In this document: in pieces, positions 1-9,046 of the stretch | Layout of the letters: each line of letters begins with the position of its first letter | How positions within the stretch are numbered: the stretch's first letter is position 1 | Source: an uncultured Thermoprotei archaeon | Lineage (GTDB): Archaea; Thermoproteota; Thermoprotei; Thermofilales; B15-G2 | Direction: 5' to 3' | Assembly (NCBI GenBank): GCA_965367815.1 | Contig: CBDUKN010000001.1 | Location: forward strand, 128,001-192,000 | Length of the DNA stretch: 64,000 nucleotides | Made by a program: the position numbers and the translations under genes | The notes under the pieces: model-generated | Seen by the model: only the letters and a program-made list of their open reading frames with translations | The model's database searches: none | Told to the model about the DNA's origin: nothing

Positions 1-95
1 GCCTCTCCTCTTCGGTAGTTCAAAATACGTGCTTTTTCATCGAGTAAAACTGCCTCTGTCTTAGTTCCTCCTCCATCAATGCCTAAAATAAGCAC
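1..95 (-). CDS. BadF/BadG/BcrA/BcrD-family (ASKHA) sugar kinase, GlcNAc-kinase-like; 5' end only, runs off the window
   Basis: Manual translation from GTG at 95: MLILGIDGGGTKTEAVLLDEKARILNYRRGE; GIDGGGTKT is the ASKHA phosphate-1 motif. Confidence 0.8.
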   Translation of the reverse strand, partial: MLILGIDGGGTKTEAVLLDEKARILNYRRGE

Positions 96-147
96 AAGAT
101 ATCCACGTAGCTAAGATATTTATTTCCTAAGCCAGTATAATACAGCT

Positions 148-1263
148 ATGAGATATAGAGTTCTAGGAAGAACTGGGCTAAAAGTTTCGGTAATAGGTTT
201 TGGTGGAATAAAGCTCCCCGAGATTTCGCAGAAAGAAGCCGACGAAATATTAAACAGAGCACTCGACCTGGGTATAAACTTCATAGATACTGCTAGAGCA
301 TACAAAGACAGTGAAACTAAGATAGGCAAGGCAATAAGCAAGCGGAGAGACGAGTTCATTTTATCGTCTAGAAGTCTTTCAAGAGACCGCGACGGCATAC
401 TCAAAGACCTTGAAACAAGTATGCGCGAACTACAGACAGACTACATTGACATTTACGAACTTCATGCAGTAAATGATATGGAGACCTTGGAGAAAGTACT
501 GGCACCAGGTGGCGCACTCGAAGGACTTAAAATAGCTAAGCAAAAAGGACTGATAGGCCACATAGGTATAACAATGCACTTTGACCTAAACGCTATGAAG
601 AAAGCCATTGATTCAAACGAATTTGAGGTAATAATGCTAGCGTACAGTCCTCTTGACCACGAAGGAGTCAATAGAGAGGGAATACTTGAGCTCGCGAAAA
701 AGCATGGAATGGGCATAATTATTATGAAGGCGTTGCTAGGAGGACAGCTGGTTCTACCTGAAACAGCTGCAGGACTAAGAAAAGAAGATCCTTTAGTCAG
801 ACTAAGCCTGAAGTATGTCATCTCGAACCCTAATGTAGATACAGTAATTCCCGGCATGAAGAAACTTCACGAAATTGAGGAAAATGCTAGAGTAGGCGAC
901 GAGCCCTTGCCAATAACAGAAGAGGAGAAAAAGCAGCTATATGAGCTTATATCAAAAGTAGCTAGGCCTGCTGAGCGCGGCTGGCTCGCTCAAGCATGCC
1001 TCCAGTGCGGCTACTGCAGGCGAGTATGTCCTCAGAACATACCTATACCAGAAGTGTTCAAAGCATACCGTATTTACATGAATTATCCGCAGAACTTAAA
1101 GCACTTAGGCCTCGAAATCTACAAGAGTCTTGAAGTAAAACCCGACGCCTGCATTGAGTGCAAGAGCTGTGTACAAGTCTGTCCTATAAAAATAGATATA
1201 CCAGCCAAGCTCAAAGAGGCTCAGAAAGTACTCGAAGAAGCTATCACTTCTAGGAAACAGTGA
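148..1263 (+). CDS. Aldo/keto reductase with C-terminal 4Fe-4S dicluster domain
   Basis: LGRTGLKVSVIGFG, FIDTARAY, DYIDIYELH AKR motifs; C-terminal CLQCGYCRRVCP and CIECKSCVQVCP. Confidence 0.9.
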   Translation: MRYRVLGRTGLKVSVIGFGGIKLPEISQKEADEILNRALDLGINFIDTARAYKDSETKIGKAISKRRDEFILSSRSLSRDRDGILKDLETSMRELQTDYIDIYELHAVNDMETLEKVLAPGGALEGLKIAKQKGLIGHIGITMHFDLNAMKKAIDSNEFEVIMLAYSPLDHEGVNREGILELAKKHGMGIIIMKALLGGQLVLPETAAGLRKEDPLVRLSLKYVISNPNVDTVIPGMKKLHEIEENARVGDEPLPITEEEKKQLYELISKVARPAERGWLAQACLQCGYCRRVCPQNIPIPEVFKAYRIYMNYPQNLKHLGLEIYKSLEVKPDACIECKSCVQVCPIKIDIPAKLKEAQKVLEEAITSRKQ

Positions 1264-1299
1264 ACTCATTTATTTCAGGGGGCGAGACTTGGAGCATGA

Positions 1300-2389
1300 A
1301 TGAGTAAGATTCGTGTAGGCGTCATTGGTGTCGGCGGAGTAGCTTGGATAGGTCACTTACCATGGTATAAAGAAAATCCTGACGTAGAGCTGGTAGCCGT
1401 AGCCGATATTGATGAACATAAAGCCCGGAAGGCAGCAGAGTACTTTCACATACCCTATTTCTACACAGATTACGAGAAGCTTATTTCTCGCAAAGACATA
1501 GATGCCGTAAGCATATGTATTCTTGTTCACTTACACGCAGAGCAGACAGTAAGAGCAGCTGAAGAAGGAAAGCACGTGCTAGTAGAGAAACCTATGGCTA
1601 GAGACATCTACGAGTGCGACAAATGATAAGAGTCTGTGAAAAAGCAGGAGTAGTGCTGATGGTAGGCTTCATGAAAAGATTCAATCCAGGTTTTCAGAAA
1701 ATAAAGAAGCTGCTAGATGAAGGGACTCTAGGAAAACCCCCTTTATGGAAGTACACTGGTCGCTCTTCGGTATAAAGGGTACAGAAGCATTTAGATATAA
1801 AGCATATACAGGAGAAGGCATTTTCCAGGACCACGGTAGCCACTACATAGATTTATTCAGGTGGTGGACAGGAGATGAAGTTTCAGAAGTTACAGCAGAA
1901 TGCAATCTAATAGTACCTGGCAGACAAATAGAAGACCATGTCGTAGTCCTGCTACGCTTTAAAAGAAGCTCAGTAGCTGTAATAGAGACGAGCAGAGTAG
2001 GTCCTTCTCACGAACAATACGGCTTATGGGAGCGCGGACAAATATACTGCACTAAAGGAGCAATACTATTCGATGTGCCTGACTGGACATCATATGAGTT
2101 ACCACTAATAAAAGTCTTCAAAAGAGGTACGTGGGAAACACTGACTATGTACAAAGAAGGAAGGTATCCTCCAAAGCACTATATGTTTAAGAGAGAAATA
2201 AACCACTTCATAGAGTGCATTAAATGCGGCAAAAAGCCTTTAGTAGTAGGATATGACGGTAGAGCTGCAATAGAAGTAATTAACGCCGCCTATTTATCTC
2301 AGATTGAGGGCAGAAAAAACAAACTGCCTTTAAAAGGATTCAAAATAAGAGAAGATATTTTCAAGCATTTTCCAGTTTTCAGAGACTAG
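1300..2389 (+). pseudogene. Gfo/Idh/MocA-family oxidoreductase interrupted by two frameshifts
   Basis: GVIGVGG and HVLVEKP in 1300-1626; middle segment MIRVCEKAGVVLMVGFMKRFNPGFQK in a second frame from 1623; C-terminal GIFQDHGSHYID in a third frame from 1745. Confidence 0.8.
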
Positions 2390-2835
2390 TATACTGCAGT
2401 ATCTTCTTCTCCCATAACTTCAGTTTCACTACCACGGTATTTTGATCGTAGACGATAAAGTATTTCATCTATTTCTCTTATAGCGTTTTCAACTTGTCTC
2501 TTAGCCTCCATTATTTTAAAGTGTCTGAGTAGGTCTGCGAAAAGAGAGTCAAAAGCTACGTCAGTTATAAACCATAAATTAGAGTCATCGAGCTCAGGTA
2601 TAATCGAACTATACTTTTCTGCTTGCTTTAAATAATATTTAGCGTAATCTATTTCTCTTAAAGCTTTCTTGTAATCATCATACTCCATAATATCTATTAT
2701 AGCGCTAAAGAGTCCTCCGAGAAACATATCTACTAAAGACTTTGTTTCAGCCTGACCTAAGTAGTATAAGGCTCTCTCAAAGTGTCTTCTAGCAGAAATA
2801 AGTAGTCTTTCTACTTCTAAAGCCTCTCTAGCCAT
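2386..2835 (-). CDS. Conserved hypothetical helical protein
   Basis: 149-aa ORF, coding-like composition, TATA-like element upstream. Confidence 0.7.
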   Translation of the reverse strand: MAREALEVERLLISARRHFERALYYLGQAETKSLVDMFLGGLFSAIIDIMEYDDYKKALREIDYAKYYLKQAEKYSSIIPELDDSNLWFITDVAFDSLFADLLRHFKIMEAKRQVENAIREIDEILYRLRSKYRGSETEVMGEEDTAVY

Positions 2836-2899
2836 TTCCGAGGTAAAAGTAGAGGGCTAGTAAATAAGCTTATTTAGCTCCACGAGATAATGTTCATAG

Positions 2900-2948
2900 G
2901 TGATGAAGCCCCTCGCTTTGGATAGATGACGTCTACGCGGAGTTGGAC
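2900..2948 (+). ncRNA. Candidate box C/D guide sRNA (degenerate boxes)
   Basis: GTGATGA (C) - AGCCCCTCGCTT - TGGA (D'?) - TAGATGA (C'?) - CGTCTACGCGGAGT - TGGA (D?), intergenic; no canonical CTGA. Confidence 0.35.
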
Positions 2949-2981
2949 TGGCCTTAAACATATATTTCTTAACGCCTCCTT

Positions 2982-3770
2982 ATGTGCGTGAACCTAGTAG
3001 ACTACTTCTGGATAATCATTACTATGTTAGGCGACGAAAAATTCTACGTTGCCTTAATACCTTTCATATACCTAGCTATCTCGATGGATTTAGGAATAGA
3101 GCTAGCCTTAGTCTTCTTAGCAGGCATGTGGCTCAACGGCTTCCTCAAATACTCTCTTAAGCTTCCTCGACCTCCCAAAGAATACTGGAAAATATCTGCT
3201 AAAGGATACGGTTTCCCCAGCGGACATGTGCAGGCGACAACAATTTTCTGGGGCTTCTTTACACTTAAAAAGAAAAGACTTGGACTAGCCTTATTCTCGA
3301 CAATACTCATTACTCTAGTAGGTTACTCTAGAGTATACTTAGGCGTACACTACTTACACGACGTGCTCGGCGGAGCATTTTTCGGCTTACTCACCCTACT
3401 TTCCTACATGTTCCTTAAACAGAGAATAAGATTATCATGGAATCAAAAAATCTACACAGGAATACTTGCGTCGTCAGCTATGTATACTCTGTCTTTCCTC
3501 ACAGAAAATATCTACGATCCAACACCTCCTACTCTACTCGGAATGAGCATAGGATACTTGCTGACCACTAGAGAAGCTATTAAACTACCCGGCAAAACTA
3601 CTAAAAGAATTCTATGGGGTCTATGCGGAATTCTAGTATCTTTCGGAATTTATCTACTGTCGCACTGGGTACCCGACGTTATTTCATTCATATTATGCTA
3701 CGTTCTGCTAGGCCTCGCAATATCTTATATAATTCCTAAAATACTATCAAAAATAAGTAAAGTTACTTAA
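2982..3770 (+). CDS. PAP2-family membrane phosphatase
   Basis: KYSLKLPRP, FPSGH and SRVYLGVHYLHDV motifs; multiple TM segments. Confidence 0.9.
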   Translation: MCVNLVDYFWIIITMLGDEKFYVALIPFIYLAISMDLGIELALVFLAGMWLNGFLKYSLKLPRPPKEYWKISAKGYGFPSGHVQATTIFWGFFTLKKKRLGLALFSTILITLVGYSRVYLGVHYLHDVLGGAFFGLLTLLSYMFLKQRIRLSWNQKIYTGILASSAMYTLSFLTENIYDPTPPTLLGMSIGYLLTTREAIKLPGKTTKRILWGLCGILVSFGIYLLSHWVPDVISFILCYVLLGLAISYIIPKILSKISKVT

Positions 3771-4221
3771 GCTTCTCTATTAAATTCTTTAAAAATAATT
3801 TAAATTTCTTAGATTCATGTAAAATAGCTTCGGCATTCTTTTTTGTGTGGTCATCGAAAGAATTTATTGTATTTTGAAGATGATTAACCAAAGCTTCTAG
3901 GTGATTATCTGCTATTAATGAGACAAAATTTTTGAATAGGTCTGTTAACGAAGAGGATGCAGCATAAAACTTCTTTTTCCCCACTCTCTTAACTATCTTA
4001 ACTAAGCCAAGAGACTCTAGTCTAGAGAGATTCATGCTAACAATACCTAAACTGTAGTTTGTTAACTTAGATATCTCTTTTTGCGATAAACTTCCTCCAG
4101 TAAGTAAGAGAACTCCCCATATTCTTCCTGCTGCTTCATTTAAGCCTAGAAGAGAGGCTAACCTAGTTAACCTGTTTAAAAGTTCTTTTTCGACTTCAGT
4201 GAGCACTGCTTTCATTTTCAT
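3763..4221 (-). CDS. GbsR/MarR-family winged-helix transcriptional regulator
   Basis: LGLNEAAGRIWGVLLL...LSQKEISKLTNYSLGIVSMNLSRLESLGLV...KKFY. Confidence 0.85.
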   Translation of the reverse strand: MKMKAVLTEVEKELLNRLTRLASLLGLNEAAGRIWGVLLLTGGSLSQKEISKLTNYSLGIVSMNLSRLESLGLVKIVKRVGKKKFYAASSSLTDLFKNFVSLIADNHLEALVNHLQNTINSFDDHTKKNAEAILHESKKFKLFLKNLIEKLK

Positions 4222-4258
4222 AAAAACACCTTTCTTACAATATAAAAATCTCGCGGCA

Positions 4259-4963
4259 CTATCTCTCGAAGAGTGGATGTACTTTTACTTTGAGTTCTCT
4301 AGGTACTCCTTCAGGTACATAGATTATCCAGAAGTAGTTTATTCCAGTAAAAGGCAGAGCTACGTTAGGATGATATCCCTTTTCTATTACAACTGCGTCG
4401 TAGTCCTCGACTTTAAATGCTTTAAAAACGCCGTTTTCTTCAATAAACTGTACTCCATAGTACTTGCCTATGCCGTAGTACACGTAGACTTCAGGCTTTT
4501 CGTCGTGTTTATGTGGAGGAAAGCTAGTCCAGTTACCTGGATATCCTTCAGTAAATCCTGCTAGAAAGTGGTCTGAAGGGTCTTCAGGACTCACTGCAGT
4601 ATAAACGTATCTTAAGTAGCCCTTTTCTCCTACAAGTTTTCTCTCCATGGAGCTTATGTGCTTAAAGTAAAACCTGTGCTTGTTTACTGCTTTAGCTTCG
4701 GCTACAACTACTACAGCTTTTTCTGCAGAAACTTCGGCTTCAGTGTTTACAGGTACATAGGCTAGACTTCTATCAGTTAAAACATACTTTGAGTTCTCTA
4801 CTTTAAGCTCGATTTCTCCGTCGAGTACAGCTACAGCTTTCTCGAAACTATTGTTGGCTAATTTAAGAACACCATTCGATAGCAGTACTTCCCATACTTT
4901 AAATTTCCCTATATCGTATATTGTTTGAGAAACATTAGGCTTTCTTTCAAATTTAACTAACAT
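4259..4963 (-). CDS. iolB: 5-deoxy-glucuronate isomerase-like (IolB/KduI cupin)
   Basis: GNWTSFPPHKHDE...EVYVY and KGYHPNVA motifs. Confidence 0.8.
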   Translation of the reverse strand: MLVKFERKPNVSQTIYDIGKFKVWEVLLSNGVLKLANNSFEKAVAVLDGEIELKVENSKYVLTDRSLAYVPVNTEAEVSAEKAVVVVAEAKAVNKHRFYFKHISSMERKLVGEKGYLRYVYTAVSPEDPSDHFLAGFTEGYPGNWTSFPPHKHDEKPEVYVYYGIGKYYGVQFIEENGVFKAFKVEDYDAVVIEKGYHPNVALPFTGINYFWIIYVPEGVPRELKVKVHPLFER

Positions 4964-5048
4964 ATTTTCTCACAATATTTTCTTCTTATCAAACTCTATT
5001 AAACTATCTCTCGGAAGTAATATATTTGTGAAATAAAGACTAATAATT

Positions 5049-5963
5049 GTGCTTGTAGCCTTGGCTAAGATAAAAGGAATAGAAGTAATAGCGAAGTTTC
5101 CCTGGAAAATAGGTGTAGTTTCATTTATGCTTTACCCAGAGCTCATAAAGAAAAGTGAAGGTATAGCAGAAACAATTATTAAAATAGCTCAAGACCCCTA
5201 CATGGACTTAATTGAAGTATCTAAGATATCTGACAAAGATTGGGCTTTGATTAAAGAGAAGGTTACTGAAGTAGAGTTTGCTAGAGGACTACAGCTAATG
5301 ATTCTAGGAGGCCTTGACATAAGTTCTCTAGATGAGGAAACGAGGCGAAAAGCCGTAGATTCTTTGAAAAAGGAAATTGAACATGACGTAAAATACGGCA
5401 TAAAAGCCTTCGGTATATGTACTGGAAAAGATCCCGGCGAAGCTAAAAGAAAGGAAGCAATCGAGAAGCTAGTAGACAGCTTAATAGAGCTTACTTCAAC
5501 AGCCAAAAACTATGGAGCAGTAATTTTGCTAGAGACTTTTGACAGAAAATGGGATAAAAAACTGCTATTGGGTCCCATTGGCGAAGCAGCACAAGTAGTA
5601 GAGAGAGTAAGAGAAGTAAATAGCAACATAGCGCTTCTCTGGGATCTGAGCCATGCACCAATGCTCGAAGAAAAACCAGAAGACCTTAAGCCCTATGCCG
5701 ATTTACTAGGACACATCCATATAGGATGCACTAAAAAGGTAGAAGACAGGCTATACGACTGGCATCCTGTCTTCTATAGGCCAGGAGCACTCAACACAGT
5801 AGACGACGTAGCAGAGCTCCTTGAAGTACTTCTTGACATCAAGTATAGAGGAGCAGTAAGCTTCGAAGTAAAACCTGAAGAAAACCAGCTACCAGAAGAA
5901 GTATTTTACACAGCAAAACAAGTACTCACTGAAGCATTTATAAGAACTTTAGAAAGAATATAA
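5049..5963 (+). CDS. Sugar phosphate isomerase/epimerase (AP endonuclease 2 TIM barrel)
   Basis: ILLETFD, LWDLSH, HIHIG, VSFEVKP metal-binding motifs. Confidence 0.8.
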   Translation: MLVALAKIKGIEVIAKFPWKIGVVSFMLYPELIKKSEGIAETIIKIAQDPYMDLIEVSKISDKDWALIKEKVTEVEFARGLQLMILGGLDISSLDEETRRKAVDSLKKEIEHDVKYGIKAFGICTGKDPGEAKRKEAIEKLVDSLIELTSTAKNYGAVILLETFDRKWDKKLLLGPIGEAAQVVERVREVNSNIALLWDLSHAPMLEEKPEDLKPYADLLGHIHIGCTKKVEDRLYDWHPVFYRPGALNTVDDVAELLEVLLDIKYRGAVSFEVKPEENQLPEEVFYTAKQVLTEAFIRTLERI

Positions 5964-6112
5964 AAAATATAGTACCTTGAATATATCTAATATAATATTT
6001 TTGTCCAAAATAAGTAAAAATATTGTATTTTGTAGGCATTAATTAAATAGCTCCATGATACTTAATCGCACTAGCTAACGCTTTACAGCCAGAAATTTCT
6101 CAATATCCTTAT

Positions 6113-6175
6113 TTAACCAATGGCCTTATCAACTCTTTCTCGCAGACGGCTTCTACTATAATCCTAGTCGTTAAC
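6113..6175 (-). pseudogene. Possible remnant of an AF2212/DUF104-like antitoxin gene
   Basis: Minus-strand fragment TTRIIVEAVCEKELIRPLVK* resembles the IEAVYENGVLKPL signature; short match only. Confidence 0.3.
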
Positions 6176-6248
6176 TAACTTAACTTTATATCAGAGTCTA
6201 TTCTAGCTGTATAATAAGCTTTAAGTTAGTAGCATTAAATAAACTAAC

Positions 6249-6611
6249 ATGATAGAAGGAACAGGTTTCGGCTATATAATTGTAAATGGTGTAAGGTATG
6301 ATCACGATATAGTGGTACACGTTGACGGATCAGTAACTAAACGGAAAAAAGAGTTAAGTAAACCCTACAAAAAAGGAGTCCATACACCGCTAGCTCCACC
6401 CGAAATAGAAGAAATTTTAGACGAAAACCCTGAGATAGCAATAATTGGCAGCGGGCAATATGGAGCTCTTCCTATTCTTGACGAAACAATTAAGTTACTT
6501 GAAGAAAAGAATGTAAAGTATATTATTGAAAAGACGCCGAAAGCAATAGAAGAATACAATAAGTTGAGTAAAGAGAAGAGAGTTGCTGGCATTTTCCATG
6601 TCACATGTTAG
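6249..6611 (+). CDS. Mth938/DUF498-like protein
   Basis: FGYIIVNGVRYDHDI, IIGSGQYG, terminal FHVTC. Confidence 0.85.
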   Translation: MIEGTGFGYIIVNGVRYDHDIVVHVDGSVTKRKKELSKPYKKGVHTPLAPPEIEEILDENPEIAIIGSGQYGALPILDETIKLLEEKNVKYIIEKTPKAIEEYNKLSKEKRVAGIFHVTC

Positions 6612-6652
6612 CGGTCCCGAGAACTTAATTAACCTCTTGTAGTATACCAGCA

Positions 6653-7018
6653 GTGTTCTTTAGGAAAAAACAGGAACTACCCTATCCTAAAGTAGTATAT
6701 GCTGATCGAGAGTACTATGAGGTACCTTTAACGGCCATAAAGAAACTTGAAAAAGTTCGTGTTAAAGTATCAGGAAAAATTACGTCGAAACCAGAAGTAA
6801 AATATTATTCAGCGGGCTTTCCATGGAGTCTTGAAGCAAAAATAGAGGAAGACCACGGACATGAAACAGTTTTCATGGTTTCTGAAGTAACTGTTGTCTT
6901 CAAGGGAGTGGCGTTTCTCAAGAAAGGAGAAGAGGTTACTGTCTACGGTGAAGCAAGAAACGGTGTAGTGTACGCAGAGGTAATAGAGACTAATGATGTA
7001 GTCTACGTAAGAGAGTAA
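6653..7018 (+). CDS. Hypothetical protein, possible OB fold
   Basis: Beta-rich KVRVKVSGKI...KKGEEVTVYGE...YAEVI pattern. Confidence 0.6.
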   Translation: MFFRKKQELPYPKVVYADREYYEVPLTAIKKLEKVRVKVSGKITSKPEVKYYSAGFPWSLEAKIEEDHGHETVFMVSEVTVVFKGVAFLKKGEEVTVYGEARNGVVYAEVIETNDVVYVRE

Positions 7019-7036
7019 TTAAGGAGCATCGGAAAC

Positions 7037-7747
7037 TTAGTGTTGGTTAAGGCTGTAGGCTAGTATTCCTTCTTTTTCAGCTTTTTCGAGAATATCTAGT
7101 ACTTCGTTTTCGCTTAAGTCATACCATGTTTCATAGGCGTCTGCGACTGCGTAGAAGAGGCCTCCTCTCGGGTTGAGGCATACTATTTGGTCTACTTCGC
7201 TTAATAGAAGTTGAAGAGATTTTGTGTGAGCTGTAGGTACTGCTACTACTATTTTACTTGGCTTTAGTTTCTTGAGGAAAGAGAGTGCTGCCCGCATAGT
7301 GTAGCCAGTAGCTATACCGTCGTCGACTACTACGACTTTCTTGCCTACTAGAGGCTTGTAGGGCTTATTTGCTCTAAATAACGCTAGCCTTCTTTTAATT
7401 TCGTCTAACTGTTCTCTTAAAGCAGCCTCTATTTCTCTATCAGATAAGCCTAGGTACTCAGCGAAGGCTTCGTCTATAAAGTAGGTTCCATCCGGCGCTA
7501 CTGCTCCAAAGCCTGCCTCTCTATTCCACGGAATTAATATTTTTCTGCAAATAAGTACATCTAGTTTAGCTCTAACTATCTTAGCTACGGAGTAGCCGAC
7601 AGGAACACCGCCCGAGGGAATAGCATACACTATATCGGCGTCTATTTTATTTTCTCTTAGTTTCTCTCCAAGTTTATGTCCAGCATCCCATCTATCTTTA
7701 AAAACATAGACTTTGTTTACTAGAGATTCTTCCATTACTAATTTCAC
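7037..7747 (-). CDS. Type I phosphoribosyltransferase
   Basis: FKDRWDAG, AIPSGGVPV, PRPP motif VVVVDDGIATGYT. Confidence 0.9.
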   Translation of the reverse strand: MKLVMEESLVNKVYVFKDRWDAGHKLGEKLRENKIDADIVYAIPSGGVPVGYSVAKIVRAKLDVLICRKILIPWNREAGFGAVAPDGTYFIDEAFAEYLGLSDREIEAALREQLDEIKRRLALFRANKPYKPLVGKKVVVVDDGIATGYTMRAALSFLKKLKPSKIVVAVPTAHTKSLQLLLSEVDQIVCLNPRGGLFYAVADAYETWYDLSENEVLDILEKAEKEGILAYSLNQH

Positions 7748-7787
7748 GTAAAATAGTGTTTTATTGAATTTAATATTTCTTATCTTA

Positions 7788-8168
7788 CTAAAATATTCTA
7801 GTAATATTTTCTAGGTCATCGAAGTCTCTGTCGTTTGAAATTATTACATGAACATTATGCTTAAGCATTGTTGCTAAGTGAATTCTGTCCTCAAAGTCTC
7901 GTGGCTTCTTTAAGTTCCTAGCAGCGCTTATAATATTTGCCGTTAAGGGAAGTAGTTCTATTTCAAGTTCCGAGAGAATCTGGTCAATATTTTCGAGTCC
8001 TGTCAGTACGTAGAGTAGCCATACTGTTAAAACTGAAGTAGACAGCATGCCTGAGTACTTACTTAAAAGAGACTTAGCTTTTTCTCCGAAAAGAGGATGC
8101 GCTGTCAGATAATAGTACAGTACATTAACGTCAACATATATCTTTTCTAAGTATTTTTTCTGCCTCAT
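7788..8168 (-). CDS. vapC: VapC PIN-domain toxin
   Basis: YVDVNVL...DFEDRIHLA...ISNDRDFD; overlaps upstream antitoxin. Confidence 0.88.
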   Translation of the reverse strand: MRQKKYLEKIYVDVNVLYYYLTAHPLFGEKAKSLLSKYSGMLSTSVLTVWLLYVLTGLENIDQILSELEIELLPLTANIISAARNLKKPRDFEDRIHLATMLKHNVHVIISNDRDFDDLENITRIF

Positions 8169-8376
8169 TTTTTATAGCCTCGTCTATTTCTTCAGGTGAA
8201 GTATACTTCGGTTTCCCTGCAATACCGTAGTACTTTTCAATAGCAGGTTTAATTGGTTCAAGAATTAAAGTTTCTCCATCAGTAATTACTCGGTACTTCC
8301 TATACTTCAGTCTTCGTCTTATACTTGCGGGAATATAAATGCGTCCGTGTGCGTCTAATTCAACTATAGCAGACAC
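8131..8376 (-). CDS. vapB: AbrB/MazE-type VapB antitoxin
   Basis: LDAHGRIYIPASIRRRL swapped-hairpin signature. Confidence 0.85.
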   Translation of the reverse strand: MSAIVELDAHGRIYIPASIRRRLKYRKYRVITDGETLILEPIKPAIEKYYGIAGKPKYTSPEEIDEAIKNEAEKILRKDIC

Positions 8377-8390
8377 ATTACAATATATTT

Positions 8391-8414
8391 TACCAAAATA
8401 TATGTATTTTGGTA
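8391..8414. promoter_or_regulatory. Inverted repeat, probable autoregulatory operator of vapBC
   Basis: TACCAAAATA-tatg-TATTTTGGTA, perfect 10-bp arms, 15-38 nt upstream of the antitoxin start. Confidence 0.7.
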
Positions 8415-8637
8415 TTTTTCTTTATTCATTATCCCCACTATGTAGGCTTGGAATAGACTTATTTTGGCTATTGCAGACCATCGGACCTTATGCTATGTAA
8501 AGTCTTTAAATAAAGAAGGCTTAATCTTTTTATAACTAATTTAATGTTGTTTCATTAATATATAATATTTTGTTAATCAATAATATATAATTTTCTAAAA
8601 TAATTTTCATTTTTTTCCCAAATCAATTGTCTTTCTA

Positions 8638-8990
8638 TAATGTTCCTATAGACTTTGCTTTTCTTTAAAAGGTTCTTCATGAGTTCCTATATCTGCTATT
8701 AGTTCTTTTGCGTCAGCTAATTTTAGTACTTCACGTACCTCTTCATCTTTTGCACTACATCCAAAGAGAATATTATCTTTAAGACTCATTGCTAGTAGAG
8801 GAGGTCTGTGAGACATAAGCTATTTTTCTCTTAGACTTTAAAAATCATACATACCCATATTAACTTCATTTATAAACACTTCATCATCATCAGGTTTAAG
8901 TAAGCCTACTAATATTAAGACCAATGTGCTTTTTCTTACACTACTGGCGCCTACAATAGCTAATGAACATCTTTTAATACTAGCAGTACT
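8638..8990 (-). pseudogene. Remnant of an ABC exporter (ABCB/MsbA-type) ATPase domain
   Basis: LAIVGASSVRKSTLVLILVGLLKPDDDEVFIN (broken Walker A), in-frame stops, MSLKDNILFG, then C-terminal IADIGTHEE. Confidence 0.7.
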
Positions 8991-9046
8991 AAAATTATAG
9001 TTTTATTGAGCAGTTTATAGTAGATCTGTGGAAATACTAGCAGTAT

